Shown: positions 48,240 through 62,238, numbered from the stretch's first letter. The stretch: DNA of 64,000 nucleotides from Octopus bimaculoides (GCF_001194135.2 NC_068990.1:87884035-87948034); one strand, 5' to 3'. Numbers and translations: made by a program. The notes: generated by a model not told the origin, from the sequence alone.

Positions 48240-48670
48240 AAAAGTGCCTTGGATCGTAGGGCAACATACCATGCTTGAGAAGACCTATTGAGTCAAGTAC
48301 ATCAAAACCAAAATCAAATGGAAATTGTAGTCATGATCCCCATGCTGGTGGCACATAAAAAGCACCATCCGAATGTGGCCAATGCCAGCGCCGCCTTGAC
48401 TGGCTTCTGTGCCAGTGGCACGTAAAAAGCACCAACCAATCATGGTTGTTGCCAGCCCGCTCTGGCCCCTGTGCCGGTGGCACATAAAAAGCACCCACTA
48501 CACTCTTGGAGTGGTTGGTGTTAGGAAGGGCATCCAGCTGTAGAAACACTGCCAGATCAGATTGGAGCCTGGTGCAACCTCCTGGCTTCCCAAACCCCAG
48601 TCGAAATGTCCAACCCATGCCTGTATGGAGAACAGACGTTAAATGATGATGATGATGATAATGATGGTGA
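48240..48670 (+). mobile_element. Family-D element with three subrepeats and a (GAT)n tail
   Basis: ATGCTTGAGAAGACC (MLEKT relic), GGTGGCAC(A/G)TAAAAAGCACC three times (about 48345, 48415, 48475), GGTTGGTGTTAGGAAGGGCATCC, CCAACCCATGCCTGTATGG, (GAT)n. Confidence 0.8.
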
Positions 48671-49157
48671 TGATGATATATATATATATATATATATAAA
48701 AGAACTTACACATTTTATGTATGTATGTATGTATGCAAGGTTCCTGCATGAATTTGTCCGTAATGGCTGACACAAACTAAAGAATACACACACATGCACA
48801 TGCACACATGCACATGCACACAAGCATACATACACACACAGAGACACACACACACAAACACACAGGTTTTTTTTTGTTATCTATAGTTCTTTTACTAACT
48901 CTTGCCAACCATCTGTGGCCATGCTTATTTAGTCTCACTGCATAAATGTAAACCACAGGAGTTTATGTAATTGAAAATGGCAGATCATCTGACTAGTTTT
49001 TCATGTCTTAAGGTTAATCAGGAATCACTTGGCTTACTTCTTAATTTTAGAACGATAGATCTCAAAGCATATAGACCAGTATATAAGATTGTGTCAGTAT
49101 TGGGATAAAAAATACCCCTTTGGATAGAAAAAGTCAAAGGCTACCACAGAAAGAACT

Positions 49158-49190
<33 letters not shown>

Positions 49191-49685
49191 NNNNNNNNNN
49201 NNNNNNNNNNNNNNNNNNNNNNNNNNNNNNNNNNNNNNNNNNNNNNNNNNNNNNNNNNNNNNNNNNNNNNNNNNNNNNNNNNNNNNNNNNNNNNNNNNNN
49301 NNNNNNNNNNNNNNNNNNNNNNNNNNNNNNNNNNNNNNNNNNNNNNNNNNNNNNNNNNNNNNNNNNNNNNNNNNNNNNNNNNNNNNNNNNNNNNNNNNNN
49401 NNNNNNNNNNNNNNNNNNNNNNNNNNNNNNNNNNNNNNNNNNNNNNNNNNNNNNNNNNNNNNNNNNNNNNNNNNNNNNNNNNNNNNNNNNNNNNNNNNNN
49501 NNNNNNNNNNNNNNNNNNNNNNNNNNNNNNNNNNNNNNNNNNNNNNNNNNNNNNNNNNNNNNNNNNNNNNNNNNNNNNNNNNNNNNNNNNNNNNNNNNNN
49601 NNNNNNNNNNNNNNNNNNNNNNNNNNNNNNNNNNNNNNNNNNNNNNNNNNNNNNNNNNNNNNNNNNNNNNNNNNTATATATAGAT

Positions 49686-49721
<36 letters not shown>

Positions 49722-51323
49722 TTGTACGCACATATGTATATGTGTGTGTGTGTGCATGTATACATACATATATATATATATATATATTGCATATGTATAA
49801 ACACTTTCTATTGTAAAGAATAAGATGACAGACACAGGAATTTGGAGACAATCAAAGAGACAGAGATATGCACACACATGCTACACACACACACACACAC
49901 ACACATACATATATACATGTGCATGTATATATATGTGTATACACATGCATGTAGTATGTATTATATGAGTATAAGAAATAAGAAATGGGTCATGCTGAAA
50001 ACCTGTCAGTCTTTATAAATCTCTATTCATGTCATCAGACTTTATTTCTCTAATCTCGTTATTTCGACATGTCAGCATTGGCTAATTGATTTATTGTTCA
50101 GTTGTAGAAGTGAATTCATTCAACTAGCTTCCTACCAATTTCTGCTACAGTGTGTGGAATACCAGCAGAATAAGTCTACTAATTAAACTACTCTACTTCT
50201 TAGCTCCCATCATTATACCTACATATAATTGCTACGTTTTTGAGTTCTGACACAGAGGACATTGCTTATTCTCTTTTCTTTGCTTTTCAATTTGCTTTAC
50301 TGGTTTCAATCATTGGACTGCAACCATGCTGAGACAGCATCTGGAAGGTTATTAGCTGATAATGTATGGACTCTAATTCTAATATCAGTCCAGCACTTGC
50401 TTTTACATATCTGTATTTATTGAATATCTAACTAAACTTTTTTGACATGATACCAATAACCATAAATGCTAGAATGTGCATATGTGCATGTGCATACGCA
50501 CACACATACATACATACACACATATATNNNNNNNNNNNNNNNNNNNNNNNNNNNNNNNNNNNNNNNNNNNNNNNNNNNNNNNNNNNNNNNNNNNNNNNNN
50601 NNNNNNNNNNNNNNNNNNNNNNNNNNNNNNNNNNNNNNNNNNNNNNNNNNNNNNNNNNNNNNNNNNNNNNNNNNNNNNNNNNNNNNNNNNNNNNNNNNNN
50701 NNNNNNNNNNNNNNNNNNNNNNNNNNNNNNNNNNNNNNNNNNNNNNNNNNNNNNNNNNNNNNNNNNNNNNNNNNNNNNNNNNNNNNNNNNNNNNNNNNNN
50801 NNNNNNNNNNNNNNNNNNNNNNNNNNNNNNNNNNNNNNNNNNNNNNNNNNNNNNNNNNNNNNNNNNNNNNNNNNNNNNNNNNNNNNNNNNNNNNNNNNNN
50901 NNNNNNNNNNNNNNNNNNNNNNNNNNNNNNNNNNNNNNNNNNNNNNNNNNNNNNNNNNNNNNNNNNNNNNNNNNNNNNNNNNNNNNNNNNNNNNNNNNNN
51001 NNNNNNNNNNNNNNNNNNNNNNNNNNNNNNNNNNNNNNNNNNNNNNNNNNNNNNNNNNNNNNNNNNNNNNNNNNNNNNNNNNNNNNNNNNNNNNNNNNNN
51101 NNNNNNNNNNNNNNNNNNNNNNNNNNNNNNNNNNNNNNNNNNNNNNNNNNNNNNNNNNNNNNNNNNNNNNNNNNNNNNNNNNNNNNNNNNNNNNNNNNNN
51201 NNNNNNNNNNNNNNNNNNNNNNNNNNNNNNNNNNNNNNNNNNNNNNNNNNNNNNNNNNNNNNNNNNNNNNNNNNNNNNNNNNNNNNNNNNNNNNNNNNNN
51301 NNNNNNNNNNNNNNNNNNNNNNT

Positions 51324-51325
51324 TA

Positions 51326-51369
<44 letters not shown>

Positions 51370-51410
51370 GAATTAATTTTTATTATTATTATTATTATTA
51401 TTACGAATTA

Positions 51411-51460
<50 letters not shown>

Positions 51461-51481
51461 GAATTAATTATTATTATTATA

Positions 51482-51520
<39 letters not shown>
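51324..51520. repeat. (ATT)n microsatellite interrupted three times by ACGAATTAATT
   Basis: A higher-order unit is visible within the ATT tract. Confidence 0.85.
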
Positions 51521-51521
<1 letters not shown>

Positions 51522-52107
51522 TGCTAGACAAAATGCTTTGCGACATTTCATCCGTCTTTATGTTCTGAGTTCAAATTCTTTTCTTTTTTTAATTCATTCA
51601 GAGTACATACCAGACACTAACTCACATCAGTCTCATTTCCTCTCCTTCCTTCCTTCTCCTGCTACTACAACAGCATCTGCTCTTCTGAACTTGTTAGCTG
51701 TATGCCTTCTCTCTTCCTAAGCATTCCTAATCAATTCGTCTCCCTTTTTTCCATCCCCTTTACTACTTTCCACCTAGTCAATCCTCCCTAGAACTGATAC
51801 CTTCTGGCACTTCTGTGCTCTGTGTTGATTTTCCTCCAGATGCTGACTTAAAGTAGCAGTTAAACTAACCATCAACCTCTCTTCGACTCAGGCTAATCTG
51901 ATAGTGAGGTCTGCGATGGCCATGAAACTGCTTCATCTTTTCTTAACTTACATATCATCATCATCGTTTAACGTCCGCTTTCCATGCTAGCATGGGTTGG
52001 ACGATTTGACTGAGGACTGGTGCAACCGGATGGCTACACCAGGCTCCAATCTAATTTGGCAGAGTTTCTACAGCTGGATGCCCTTCCTAACGCCAACCAC
52101 TCAGAGA

Positions 52108-52139
<32 letters not shown>

Positions 52140-52674
52140 NNNNNNNNNNNNNNNNNNNNNNNNNNNNNNNNNNNNNNNNNNNNNNNNNNNNNNNNNNNNN
52201 NNNNNNNNNNNNNNNNNNNNNNNNNNNNNNNNNNNNNNNNNNNNNNNNNNNNNNNNNNNNNNNNNNNNNNNNNNNNNNNNNNNNNNNNNNNNNNNNNNNN
52301 NNNNNNNNNNNNNNNNNNNNNNNNNNNNNNNNNNNNNNNNNNNNNNNNNNNNNNNNNNNNNNNNNNNNNNNNNNNNNNNNNNNNNNNNNNNNNNNNNNNN
52401 NNNNNNNNNNNNNNNNNNNNNNNNNNNNNNNNNNNNNNNNNNNNNNNNNNNNNNNNNNNNNNNNNNNNNNNNNNNNNNNNNNNNNNNNNNNNNNNNNNNN
52501 NNNNNNNNNNNNNNNNNNNNNNNNNNNNNNNNNNNNNNNNNNNNNNNNNNNNNNNNNNNNNNNNNNNNNNNNNNNNNNNNNNNNNNNNNNNNNNNNNNNN
52601 NNNNNNNNNNNNNNNNNNNNNNNNNNNNNNNNNNNNNNNNNNNNNNNNNNNNNNNNNNNNNNNNNNNNNNNNNN

Positions 52675-52715
<41 letters not shown>

Positions 52716-52749
52716 CTGTGTAGCTAGGATTTTTGGCTGTACTGCTGCT

Positions 52750-53520
52750 GCATTAATGCACCTGTGCCAGTGACATGTACAAGGCACCCAGCACACTTTG
52801 TTGCATTGTTGGCATTAGGAAGGGCATCCAACCATAGAAACCATGCCACAATAGACAAGTGGAGTCTGAACAGCTCCCTGCTAGCCAGCTCCATGTCAAA
52901 CCGTCCAACCCATGCCAGCATGGAGAGTGAACATTAAACTGATGATGATTATATATCATCAGCATCACCATCATCATCGTTTAACGTCCACTTTCCATGC
53001 TAGCATGGGTTGGACGGTTTGACTGAGGACTNNNNNNNNNNTTATATATCATCAGCATCACCATCATCATCGTTTAACGTCCACTTTCCATGCTAGCATG
53101 GGTTGGACGGTTTGACTGAGGACTGGTGAGCCAGAGGCTGCATCAGGCTCACTCTGGTCTGGCAAAGTTTCTACAGCTGGATGCCCTTCCTAACGCCAAC
53201 AACTCCAAGAGTGTAGTGGGTACTTTTTGCATGCCACCGACACGAGGGCCAGTCATGTGGTTCTGGCAACAACCATGCTCACACTCAAAAGGTGTTTTTT
53301 TTACATGCTACCTGCACGGGAGCCAGTAAGGCAACACTGGAAATGATCATGCTTGAATGGTGCTTTTCATGTGTCACCAGCATGGGAGCCAATCCATGGC
53401 CCTGGCAATGATCACACTCAGACGTGCTTTTAACATTCCACTGACATGAGTGCCAATTAGGCGGTACTGTCATCAGCCACGTCAGTGATTTTGGTTTGTT
53501 TGCACTTGCCTCAACAGGTC
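52750..53520. mobile_element. Tail-to-tail inverted pair of family-D elements
   Basis: A + copy at about 52750-52945 is followed directly by a - copy from about 52965 to 53520. The - copy is partly duplicated across the 10-N gap and carries four degenerate subrepeats. Confidence 0.8.
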
Positions 53521-55178
53521 TGTGCAGGTATGGCTGCATGGACAAGGAATTTGCTTTGTATCTACATGGTTTAAGTTTCTATACCACTTTGTGGAATCTT
53601 GGGCAAGTACTTTCTATAACCTCAGGCCAACCAATAACATATGAGGTCTGTGGTTCATGGAAAATTCTGGCACCTCAAACAATGAAAAGCAAATGAAGTT
53701 TCTGTGAGTTTTTCATTGGCTGAAATGGCTCTTTCATAATTAATTGCTCTATCTATATATCTATCTTTCTATACATGTATATGATACCCTCTCAGCCTCT
53801 TATCACTCATTTTTCTCTCATCCTCTCTCATTCAAACCCCTATCAGCCTACTCTTGTTACCACCCCACAACCTTGACATCATCTTTCCTCCCTTTACCTT
53901 CACTTATCTGCCATCCTTATTCATTGGTAAGGAATCCCCTACCACCATACTCATCACTCAACTCCTCCTACCCAATACACTCTCATCTCCCTATCACTTA
54001 CTTTCCTGTCACCCTTATCTGTCACTGGTATGGGACCAACCTAATTCCTATCCACATATCCCAACCACCACCATCCTTACCGTTCAACCTTCCCTGTTCA
54101 TCTCAAGGTTTATTGTATAAGGATCACATAATATTGGGCTTACTCTTCTCATTATGCTTTACCCTCTTTTTTTGCTTCCTTCCTGTCATCTTTTCTTGCT
54201 CCTTTTCACCCACACATCCTGGCTCTTCCTCTGTCATCAACGTATCTCCTGGGTCGTGTTGCCTTCTGTCATTGCACTGTCTTCTTCTTCTCATTCCTTG
54301 ATTGTATATATGTCTCAGATTACTGTGTACCCTTATCACTCATCTCTCTTATGACTAGTGTTGTCATTCATGCCCCTAACTCTTTTACATTCCTCTCAAT
54401 TTGTTGAGAGATCAGTGTGCAAGTGGGCATCGGTCAAGTGGCCCCTTTAGTCAGGTCATGAACATGACTACCCTCTGGTGCAGATGCTTCAAAAAGAAAA
54501 ACACTCTGTACATCTGTAAAGTGGTTGGCGTTTGGAAGAATATCCAACCGTAGAAACCAAGCTAAAAATAAAACTCATGAGCATGATGCAGTCCTCCAAT
54601 CTGTCTGATTGAGCAGGTCCCCTACATCTGTTGACACTGGTTTGAAACACCTGTCCAATCAAAGCCACCATGGAAAGTGGATGTAAAATGATGATGGTGA
54701 TGGTGATGATATATCATACAGACACACACATACATATATGAGAGTGAGATACAGAACACTGGTGACCTAGTAGTGAAGGGTATGGATGGATTACAAAAGC
54801 AATGAGAGAGTTAAATAGAATAATAGTGAGTGTTACTAAATGTAACAAAGAGAGTAAAAGTGAGGTGTCTAGGAAATGTAGCTTGTAGAGTATGCATGTA
54901 TATATATATCCATGAAATGAGGTAGGCAGCTAATATGATTTGGTAATTAGCATTGCAAAAGGTTCATAGTTCAGGAATTACCTGTTACCACTATCAGTCA
55001 CTATGCTATCACCTCCACTGCAACCACTACTAGCCTCCTAACCACATTCACCATTCTGTTACTATCTTTTCAACCTTATGATAACGACCACCACCTCTAC
55101 AACCATGGCTATCATCACCTCTAAAAAAATGCTAGAAAAGAAAAATTATTCAACTTTAGCATTTAGATTAATTTCCAA

Positions 55179-55232
<54 letters not shown>

Positions 55233-55599
55233 ATAATATAATCATCTGACCAAACTAATTGGTCTTCCTATAAAACAGCCTCCAGCTATTGGAAGTATAT
55301 ATGTGTGTGTGTGTGTATGTGTGTCAAAGGTTGAGTGAATCTATTGTACAATTGATTGCGACTTCATACCAGCTGCTAAGAACACCGGATGAAAGCTTTG
55401 CTTAATGCCTATAAGCTGATGCAGCTGAAACATACATACACACAGGTAGCCATACAAATGAATAGAGTGGGATAAATAGAGAGATTGACAGATAGATAAT
55501 CTATGTATACATTTATATATGCACACACACCTATACATGAGCATTATTAACCCATATTTCTTTTACCCATCTCTCACTTCCTTTCTCTGTCACTCTCCA

Positions 55600-55760
<161 letters not shown>

Positions 55761-56937
55761 GCCTAGTCTTTCTCAACCAATCATTCCTTTGTTGTTTTAT
55801 TTATTTTATTGCTTATTTTTACATTTGGTTCCATTTTGTCCCTTTCAACCAAAAAACATTATTGTTGGTCCTAATGATACACAATATCCATATCTGAAAT
55901 TAAAAGGATTAAGAAAACTATTTAATTATATCTTGTCCACTCTGCCTGACCGTTAACAGGCCCTGCAGTCATCCACTGATTGCTGTTTGTAAAAGAATGC
56001 AACCATGGCTCTGGAGTTAAAAGAACTGTGTTGGAATTTCACGGTTGTAGGTTTGATTTTGCTACACAGCACCTTGGGCAAAGTACTCTGCCATAGATTT
56101 GGGTCAGTCAAAGCTTTGGAAACTGTGTGGAAACCCACCAGAAGGATATTTCCTGTTCTTGGAGATAGACTGGGGTGCCCTTACTCAGGTACCAGAATTC
56201 CAACCTGAGTATAACTTTCTTCCTTTCCAAACACAAGTCTTGGAATCCTGAAAATGATTGCAGCTCTGCTCTTCGCTGTCTCTCTAAATGATTATTAATT
56301 ATTTTTTTTAATATATTGTTAATAGAAATATTGTATAATTAAGTAATATTCGTTAGCTCTCAGTGCCAAGTTTAATTCTAGTTAGTTGCCTAGAGAAAGT
56401 AATAAGGAATCAAACCTCTAATAATTGGCCACTGTTTACTAATCATCTTAACTCTGACATCTGGTTTCCGATTCTAATAACAAGCTGACTGTTGTTGTTT
56501 AGTCATATATCAGTTCCAATCAAGCAGACTGATGATTGAAAGTGCTCCAACTGTGAAAATCCCATCATAGTTATCTAGGACAACATTATCGAATGTGTAC
56601 TTTTTTTTTTCTCACCTTTTTGGCTGAATAAAATTTTACTGAATGTGAAATGGACTTGATGGGAAGTTGTCTTTCTACAAATTAAACTTTCTTTTTTTTA
56701 TATCTTAACTGTGAATAGGTAATGTCTTTGTGATTATTATAATTTGTTTGATTAAGAAGAATTACTGTTTGGTCCAGAAGAGTGTGTTGTATCTGTTTAA
56801 AGTTAGAATCCTGTCCTTAGAAATTTATGAGACAGATTTTATTGTTTAGGAGGTGATAAAGACTTCATCTATTTAACTCTAGCAATACGTTGTAAGTACA
56901 TATATACACATGAATGTGTGTAGTGACAATGGTGTGT

Positions 56938-57020
<83 letters not shown>

Positions 57021-57849
57021 TAGATACATACATACATACATACATACATACATACATAAGCATTCAGTACACTTGTAAAATAGTTAGCATTAGGAAGAGC
57101 ATCCAACCATAGAAATCATGCCAAAGCTGACACAGAGCAATGGGATGGCCCTGCTACTCACTGGACCCTGTCAAACCATCCAGTTCATGCCAGTATGAAA
57201 AATATGGATGTTAAATGATGATGATGATGACGATGATGATGGTTGTGTGTGTGTGTGTGTGTGTGTGCATGTATGTATGCATGTGTATCAGTGTGTGTGG
57301 GGGGAGAGAGAGAGATACATATGTATATGAGTGTGAGTGTGTGCGCGTGTGTGTGTGTGCTGCTGTGTTTACGTCCCTGTAACTTAGCAGTTCAGCAAAA
57401 GAAACTGATAGAATAAGTAATAGGCTTACAAAGAATAAGTCCTGGGGTCGATTTGCTCGACTAAAGGTGGTGCTCCAGCATGGCCACAGTCAAATGACTG
57501 AAACAAATAAAATAATATATATGCAAGTGGTGTGTGTAGATAGGGTTATAATCCAAGCTATGTCCACTTGAAGCATATCTGCTTCTTCCAGTACTCCAGA
57601 ATTGTATGTAGATGTTACATTTTTTGTGAGGTATGCATAAGAGTTGAATAATTGTGGAAAATATTTCTTGCAGAGTAATTACATATCAAAACAGGAGATT
57701 GGAAAAAAAATTTTGGTATTATTAATTCCCATTAATTAAACTCATGTAATGGTGAATAAATAATATCAAAAAAAAATTTCCAATCTCCTGTTTTGATATA
57801 TATGTGTGTATGTGTGTGTGGAGGTATATATATCTGTGTATGTAGGTAT

Positions 57850-57892
<43 letters not shown>

Positions 57893-57896
57893 TACT

Positions 57897-58110
57897 CTTT
57901 TCTACTCTAGGCACAAGGCCCGAAATTTGGGGGGAGAGGGCCAGTCAATTAGATCGACCCCAGTATACAACTGGTACTTAATTTATCGACCCTGAAATGA
58001 TGAAAGCCAAAGTCAACCTCGGCAGAATTTGAACTCAAAACGTAAAGACAGACGAAATACCACTAAGCATTTCACCTGACATGCTAACATGTCTGCCAGC
58101 TCACTGCCTT
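57897..58110 (-). mobile_element. Full-length family-A SINE next to (GATA)n
   Basis: Reverse complement reads AAGGCAGTGAGCTGGCAG...GAGTTCAAATTCTGCCGAGG...GGGCCTTGTGCCTAGAGTAGAAAAG. Confidence 0.92.
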
Positions 58111-58632
58111 AGATATAGATATATATAGTCAATGCATTATTATATATATGTGCATGTGTGTATCTTCAAGAGAAGAATAAAATACATTTCGATTACCTTC
58201 TTATTATAACATTTTATGCATATATATATATATCATCATCATCATTATCATATATAAATATGATAAGTTGAAAGTAGCTCACTATGTTGATAGATAAAAT
58301 GAAAGATAAAATGAAAGAATAAGTGTTTGATGACACAATTAATTTTCTGGTCTGTATTGTGCAATGAAGGTTGGCAAAGGTGATGTCTAGCTATAATACT
58401 GCAAAAAAAGTCAATATGGCTAAATAAAATTATGTGAGGTGTGTGTTAGGAGATAATCTGGTATTAGTCTAATTTGAGATGAGCATCATGTTAGAGGGTG
58501 CTTAAGCAAGATGCAGTTCCTGACTCAGGAGCAGGAAGTTTACTTAAAGCTTTTATATATATGTAATGTGTGTGTGTGTGTGTGTGATTGAAGTCATTGT
58601 GTCTATAATCACATGTACACATCTATATGCAT

Positions 58633-58669
<37 letters not shown>

Positions 58670-58901
58670 CTTCTATTTATACATGCATTCCAAGTCACAT
58701 TTACATGCACATATATATTTAAGCAGACACTCATTTATAAAAACACACATGTATATATATATATATATGTATTGGCGTTATGAAGGGCATCCAGCTTTAG
58801 AAACTCTGCCAGATCAGATTGGAGCCTGGTGCAGCCATCTGGTTCACCAGTCCTCATGCAAATCATCCAACCCATGCTAGCATGGAAAGCAGACGTTAAA
58901 C

Positions 58902-58934
<33 letters not shown>

Positions 58935-59676
58935 ATATCATTGTTTTCATCATCATCATCATCATCATGAAAATATGAGTTGGATGGGCCAAGAGTTTTA
59001 ATCATTCCTAATTTGGAGATGCTGCCCTTATAGTTAAGTTAGGGGAATACATCTTGCTTTTATTTTCTATTTTTGGCATGGTATCTATGATTGGGTGCCC
59101 TTTTTAACACCAACCACTGTACAGTGTGTGCAGTGTATTTTATCATGGTACTATCACTTATGAGGTTACCTTGAATCCTGCTAAGCAAATGAATCTTCGC
59201 TGCTCTGCATTACCTCTGTCCTTTTAGGATAATGTGACCAACAGATTGAATATAAGAAAGAGCAATTGCAGAAAATGAAACTAATGTGAGAAAGAGTCAG
59301 GTGCAAGAGAGAATTGTGGGTAAACTGAGTGAATGCAGTAACATTATGGAAGAGGAGGAAGAAATGGGAGAGACAATGCTAGGGGCGTTACTGGAAGGGT
59401 CAGTGTAATGGGAGAGTGATACAATGATGGCAGAGAGTAATGGAAGAGAAATACTAAATACTAATGACTGTTACATGTTTAAGGGCAAAAGAAAAGATGA
59501 GTGAGGATAGTCATAGGAATGGTTAATGGTCAGAAAGTGTGATGGGTGTCAACAGCAATTAGCCTGGTGGGTGGAGAGAGCTTAAATAATGAATAGTCAT
59601 GGAGATGGGTGATGATAAGAGAGGAATGGATGCAAATAAGGAGTGACCTGGAGGAGAGGAAGTAATGGCTAGCAGT

Positions 59677-60065
59677 GTTGTTGTGTGTTGGCACTCCGTC
59701 GCTTACGACGTCGAGGGTTCCAGTTGATTCGATCAACGGAACAGCCTGCTCATGAAATTAACGTGCAAGTGGCTGAGTACTCCACAGACACGTGTACCCT
59801 TAACGTAGTTCTCGGGGATATTCAGCGTGACACAGAGTGACAAGGCTGACCCTTTGAATTACAGGTACAACAGAAACAGGAAGTAAGAGTGAGAGAAAGG
59901 TGTGGTGAAAGAGTACAGCAGAGTTCACCACCATCCTCTGCTGGAGCCTTGTGGAGCTTTAGGTGTTTTTGCTCAATAAACACTCACAACACCCGGTCTG
60001 GGAATCGAAACCGCGATCCTATGACTGCGAGTCTGCTGCCCTAACCACTGGGCCATTGCGCCTCC
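59677..60065 (-). mobile_element. Young full-length tRNA-derived SINE (389 bp) with a 13-bp TSD
   Basis: 5' GGAGGCGCAATGGCCCAGTGGTTAGGGCAG (A-box) ... GGTTTCGATTCCC (B-box), (CAA)-like tail, perfect TSD AATGGCTAGCAGT at 59664-59676 and 60066-60078, many intact CpGs. Confidence 0.95.
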
Positions 60066-61597
60066 AATGGCTAGCAGTAGAGTAGGGTTAATAAGTAAAT
60101 GTGTGGGACACCAACATATCCATGATATTACATGGAAATACAAGTGGCCAAAATCATTTCTGAAATTCTGAGAAAACTTTTGAACGGTTTGTGTTTTTAA
60201 ACCGAATGTATTTTTTCTGATGTTATATTTATTCCTGAAGATGTGTAAAGAAATTTTAATTTATTAAGTCTCTTAATGAATTCTTTATACTGAAATATAT
60301 ATTGAAGAAGATAAATATGTTCATTTGAATATATACGTTTTTGCGTCGTAACTCCTTTATTATTATTAATATACCCATNNNNNNNNNNNNNNNNNNNNNN
60401 NNNNNNNNNNNNNNNNNNNNNNNNNNNNNNNNNNNNNNNNNNNNNNNTATATATAATGGCTAGAATTAAGTATCTAAATGTCTTGTACTTAGAACAGCAT
60501 CTGAGACACAGCTTGCTAAATAATTAAGGTTAGTTAAGCAAGAAAGTATTTAATGAATCTATGTTTCTGTGTGTTAATTTAAATTTACCACTCTTTCTAC
60601 TCAACTAATGAACTGTAAATTAAAATCATTTTCGTTTAGTGCAATATTTCCATAAAAGATTTACTAAGATGGTCAGCAACTATTTCTTTTTAAATTGTTT
60701 TCTGGTATAAGATAAATAATGTAACAGCCTTTAATTTTTGTTCCATGTGAAGAAATTCAACCAAAAACTGAAATAGCAGCTTCTGTCTATGAATTCTAAG
60801 GACTTTATTGTTGAAAGAAGGAAAGCAAAAAAAAAAATCAAATTAAATAAATATATTAAGATTTCATGTTGCCATACTTAATTTCATTTTACTAACAAGA
60901 AAATAAAATAGATTCCTTACAAAACATTTCTCTTGCAAAGTAAATAAACAACTAACGAAGACTGAGCTGTGAGTGCGTGTGTGCGTGTAGGTGGGTATGC
61001 ATGCACACGTGCATATGTAATGTTTGTGCGTTTATATGAATAAGGAACAATCTTGCCTAAACAGATTAAAAAAACAAGGTAGTATGATATAAAATACAAA
61101 TGTATTTGTACAGAATGGTTGCCATTTGCACTGCAATGGCATTATATACATGGTTTATGTGTGACATTCTACAAGCTGTGACCATGGAAGACTTCTGTGA
61201 ATACTCAAGAAGGGCAATTACATACATTGCACTAAGCTACCTTGTTTAGTGTAAGCTATGCAGAGAATGGTCATGGTACTGGTGGTAGAGCTCATGGTGG
61301 TGGTGGTGGTGAGACTGGTTTGTGTGAATGGTGGAGGCTATTCTGCATAGGTAGATGTGAGTAGTGAGGGCGTTGTGCAGTTGTTTCTGATTGGCTGGTT
61401 GATTTGTGTAGGTGGACAGGTCAGAGTGTTGGTTAGTTATGAGGATGGTCTGTGTGGGTGAGTGCAGCTGGTCAAGGTATTTGGTGAGTGATGGGGAAGA
61501 TCTGTGTGTTGGAAGATGAGGTATGTATCTGATTGTGTGTGTGTGTCCAGCTGAAAGCATATATATAAAATGGTTGTGATGTGTGCATGAAGATATA

Positions 61598-61900
61598 TGA
61601 GGGGGTGCCTAAAAGTAACCAGAAATGTTCTCTGTGGGACAAGCCCATTGTAGTTCTGACTTCTGCTGCTAGAAGCCACTTGATGCGAGCCTCAGGCATC
61701 AGCCTGTCAACTGGCATTGTCTATTGAGGGTCATCCTTTCACGTAGTGCATATTTGTTTTGTTGTGCTTCTCCCCTGTTCATCGATTTTTGCATTGACTG
61801 AAATGAAGGAATAACATGCTTCCATGAAATTCTGTTTTCTGTTGGAGAAAACGACAGCCAAAACATTTGTCAGGCTTCAAACAGCTTACAAGGACGCCTT
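61598..61900 (+). mobile_element. mariner transposon 5' end (TIR plus transposase N-terminus)
   Basis: TA|TGAGGGGGTGCCTAAAAGTAACCAGAA TIR-like start, then ...ASMKFCFLLEKTTAKTFVRLQTAYKDA, resembling the mariner N-terminal IKFCFKLGKTATET motif. It is truncated by a family-B copy. Confidence 0.8.
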
Positions 61901-62099
61901 TAAAAAATAAGTAATGGGGTCACTTCAATTGACTAAAATTCTTCAAGGCAGTGCCCCAGCATGGCCACACTCTAATGATTGAAATAAGTAAAAGATAGAG
62001 GATACTTTTTCAGTCACATGTTTTTGCTTTTCTGTCTCCATCTATTATTTATTTGCTTGTCTCCTCTTTGCCTCATAATCTTACACTGTGTGATTTTTT

Positions 62100-62134
<35 letters not shown>

Positions 62135-62238
62135 NNNNNNNNNNNNNNNNNNNNNNNNNNNNNNNNNNNNNNNNNNNNNNNNNNNNNNNNNNNNNNNNNN
62201 NNNNNNNNNNNNNNNNNNNNNATATATATATGTATATG

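Noticed and set aside
52949-53124. Exact 83-bp tandem duplication on either side of a 10-N gap
   Set aside because: Identical sequence at both contig ends is the signature of an unmerged overlap (assembly artefact).
53521-53540. CAGGTATGGC as a possible start of exon 2 (GYG)
   Set aside because: Wrong phase (it gives G-M-A, not G-Y-G-H), and it lies at a family-D/family-C repeat junction.
53740-54400. Pyrimidine-rich 185-aa ORF, and mirror-image purine-rich tracts at about 37270-37560, 59220-59660 and 61250-61500
   Set aside because: Low-complexity strand-skewed sequence with no recognisable domain. These may be very old LINE relics, but I cannot support a call.
59990-60065. tRNA gene
   Set aside because: The tRNA-like head continues into a 300-bp body with tail and TSD, so it is a SINE, not a tRNA gene.
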